Made by a program: the position numbers and the translations under genes
Notes under the pieces: model-generated
Database searches by the model: none
Told to the model about the DNA's origin: nothing
What the model saw: the letters and a program-made list of their open reading frames with translations, nothing else
DNA from: Acidimicrobiales bacterium
Lineage (GTDB): Bacteria > Actinomycetota > Acidimicrobiia > Acidimicrobiales > Acidimicrobilacustridaceae
Direction of reading: 5' to 3'
DNA: 64,000 nt
Assembly: GCA_036823295.1 (NCBI GenBank)
Contig: DAISGD010000005.1
Coordinates: forward strand, 15,260-79,259
Part shown: one piece after another, positions 62,406-64,000 of the stretch
Position numbering within the stretch: position 1 is the first letter of the stretch
Layout of the letters: every line of letters starts with the position of its first letter

Positions 62406-63272
62406 GCAGCCCGCCTCGACATAGGGGGCGAGGAAGTCGGCGACCGCGGCCGGCGAGCCGCACGGCGACCACCGCTCGAACGTCGTGAACGGCATCCGGT
62501 AGGTGGCCTCCATGGCCGGTCCGAGGTGGGCCCGGCCCTCCTCGGCAGTCTCGCCCAGCCCGGCCCACACCGTCAGCCCGTGGTTCCAGGTGATGTCGTG
62601 GCGCCCGAGCTCGGTGGCCTCCGCCTCGATACGTGCGACCGCCTCGCCATAGCGGTCCGGCGAGACCCAGATGCCCAGCCAACCGTCGCCGAACCGGGCG
62701 GCCCGGTGATGGGCGGCATCGGACCGGCCCCCGACGATGATGGGGATGGCGGGCATCGGTGCCGGCTTGATCGCCGCCGCGTCGAGCGTGATGTGGTCCC
62801 CGGCGAAGGTGACCGTCTCCCCCCGGAGGAGCTGGCGCAGCACCAGGAGGCACTCGTCCATGCGGCGGCCCCGGACCCGGGGGTCGACGCCGCAGTTGGC
62901 CACCTCCGCCCGGTCTTCGCCGCCGATCCCCACCGCGAAGGTGAGGCGGCCCGGAGCCAGTTCGGCCAGGGTGGCCAACTGTCGGGCCACGGGCAGCGGA
63001 TGGCGCAGCGGCAGCAGGTAGAGCCCGACGTACACGTGCAGCTTCGGGTCGAGGCTCAACAACGAACTGGCATGGATGAGGCCGTCGTAGCCCTGGCCGC
63101 CCTGGAAGCTCACGTGGTCGACGACGCCGAGATGGTCGATGCCATGGTGCAACACATCGGCCACCAGGGCCCGTCGGGCGTCCAGCGTGGCGGTGAGGGC
63201 GGGGAATCGGGGCACGAACCCGACGCTCAGCGGGCTGCCCATCCGGTCCGGTGCCCCCGCCGTCGTCGCCAT
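62310..63272 (-). CDS. LLM-class F420-dependent oxidoreductase
   Basis: ORF 62310-63335 trimmed to the ATG at 63272 (MATTAGAPDRMGSPLSVGF). Luciferase-like pattern: HLGVVDHVSF, RLTFAVGIGG, IIVGGRSDAAHHRAARFGDGW. Confidence 0.7.
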   Translation of the reverse strand: MATTAGAPDRMGSPLSVGFVPRFPALTATLDARRALVADVLHHGIDHLGVVDHVSFQGGQGYDGLIHASSLLSLDPKLHVYVGLYLLPLRHPLPVARQLATLAELAPGRLTFAVGIGGEDRAEVANCGVDPRVRGRRMDECLLVLRQLLRGETVTFAGDHITLDAAAIKPAPMPAIPIIVGGRSDAAHHRAARFGDGWLGIWVSPDRYGEAVARIEAEATELGRHDITWNHGLTVWAGLGETAEEGRAHLGPAMEATYRMPFTTFERWSPCGSPAAVADFLAPYVEAGCSTLNLIPRGRDLAAEIDGVAEIRRRLGVSPT

Positions 63273-63315
63273 CGCTCCATCTTCGCAGGCCCACGCCGTC
63301 CCCGGCGTGGGGGCA

Positions 63316-64000
63316 TCAGCCGAGGGCGATGGCAAAGACGTGGAGATCCCCAGCGCTGACCGACCGGGGCAGTGTCACCGACGCCACCGTCCGGGCCGGA
63401 TCCAGCGACACGGTGTCCTGGAACAGTGAGGCCGCGATGGGCCAGCTCACCCCACACTGGCAGTTGAGGTAGGCGGCGGTGGTCACGGTCTGGTTCCCGA
63501 AGGCCACCGGGAGGGAACCGGCGCCCCGAGTCCAGTCGGTCAGCCCCAGGTCGAAGGTGATAGCGGAGCCGTCGGTATAGGTGACGGTGGCCGTGCCGTG
63601 CGCCCCGGCTCCGCCGTTGCTCGAACTCCCCAGGAAGCCGAGCGTGGTTGCTCCTGGTCGCGGCGGAAGATCCAGACGTTGCCCGGCGGCCACGATGTTG
63701 TCGGGCGGGCCACCGGTGGCGCGGGGCCACGGGTAGGTCAGGCCGCCGACGGTCACCGATCCGCCGGGGACCAGGCCCACTGCGGCGAGGGCTTGGCGCG
63801 AGTAGCTGAAGTTGGAGAAGTCGAGGCTGGCGGCGGGCCGGTCGGCGTCGTCGGAGATACCGGTGTTGTCGGCGTGGGCGCCTAGGTCACCGGGGGCGGC
63901 GACCACGACGCGCAGGACGACCGGGATCATGGCCGTGCCGGCCGCGGTGATGTCGAAGCGGATCTGGTACGTGCCCGGGGCGGCGGGTGCGGTCACCGGG
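63316..64000 (-). CDS. C-terminal part of a larger secreted protein (NEW3-like Ig domain plus carbohydrate-enzyme-associated beta-sandwich); N-terminus lies outside the window
   Basis: The frame stays open to the right edge. APGTYQIRFDITAAG resembles the NEW3 motif. The pattern NTGISDD...FSYSRQALAAVGLVPG...GLTYPWP...DNIVAAGQRLDL...LGFLGSSSNG...VTYTDGS...LTDW recurs at the C-termini of actinobacterial glycoside hydrolases (from memory). Confidence 0.45.
   Translation of the reverse strand, partial: PVTAPAAPGTYQIRFDITAAGTAMIPVVLRVVVAAPGDLGAHADNTGISDDADRPAASLDFSNFSYSRQALAAVGLVPGGSVTVGGLTYPWPRATGGPPDNIVAAGQRLDLPPRPGATTLGFLGSSSNGGAGAHGTATVTYTDGSAITFDLGLTDWTRGAGSLPVAFGNQTVTTAAYLNCQCGVSWPIAASLFQDTVSLDPARTVASVTLPRSVSAGDLHVFAIALG

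Noticed and set aside
1-64000. tRNA, rRNA, tmRNA or RNase P genes
   Set aside because: The few non-coding gaps longer than 100 bp are 2953-3102, 5816-5926, 13219-13439, 27399-27540, 38369-38513, 40410-40599, 43992-44141 and 44778-45226. I read all of them. None shows a cloverleaf with a GTTCGAATC-type T-arm or other recognisable structured-RNA cores.

Overview
High-GC (about 70%) chromosomal segment, most likely from an actinobacterium. The taxon call rests on mycothiol ligase MshC, an F420:NADPH oxidoreductase, two F420-type luciferase-like oxidoreductases, and the thrS-HIT synteny. I saw no rRNA, tRNA, CRISPR array, transposase or integrase. Coding density is very high, and most neighbouring genes are joined by 4-nt ATGA/GTGA stop-start overlaps.

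The window falls into four blocks:
1. 1-3100: a MarR regulator coupled to a heterodimeric ABC exporter.
2. 3100-33600: a roughly 30-kb purine/pyrimidine catabolism and salvage island.
   - It holds six amidohydrolase-superfamily enzymes: MtaD/TRZ-ATZ-like, 8-oxoguanine-deaminase-like, adenosine deaminase, adenine deaminase, SsnA-like, and dihydropyrimidinase/hydantoinase.
   - It also holds a three-subunit xanthine-dehydrogenase-family enzyme and an XdhD/Mop-like FeS-Moco fusion.
   - Further members are a YgeX/DpaL-like PLP lyase, two carbamoyl-amidohydrolases, an F420-type LLM oxidoreductase, and an NMT1/THI5-type ABC importer.
   - The salvage part comprises deoC, PNP and a phosphoribosyltransferase. 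An ECF sigma/anti-sigma pair and a secreted twin-cupredoxin also lie inside the island.
3. 33600-44800: housekeeping genes, namely tandem CNNM/CorC proteins, a phosphotransferase, fabI/inhA, npdG, mshC, plsC, thrS, a HIT protein and a membrane protein.
4. 45200-62400: a 16-gene Wzx/Wzy-type polysaccharide locus behind a 450-bp lower-GC leader.

The most interesting items:
- The translationally coupled purine-ring degradation operon at 13440-27398. It mirrors the poorly understood enterobacterial xdhD-ssnA / ygeX-ygeY-hyuA gene set but carries an F420-type reductase.
- A 1413-aa fusion of a Wzy/O-antigen-ligase-like membrane domain to a long TolB-like PD40 beta-propeller region, plus a second free-standing PD40 protein in the same locus.
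- A clear bacterial homologue of plant reversibly glycosylated polypeptide / UDP-arabinopyranose mutase (GT75), preceded by a decanucleotide tandem repeat.

All functional calls come from motif and family recognition by eye. No database search was run.
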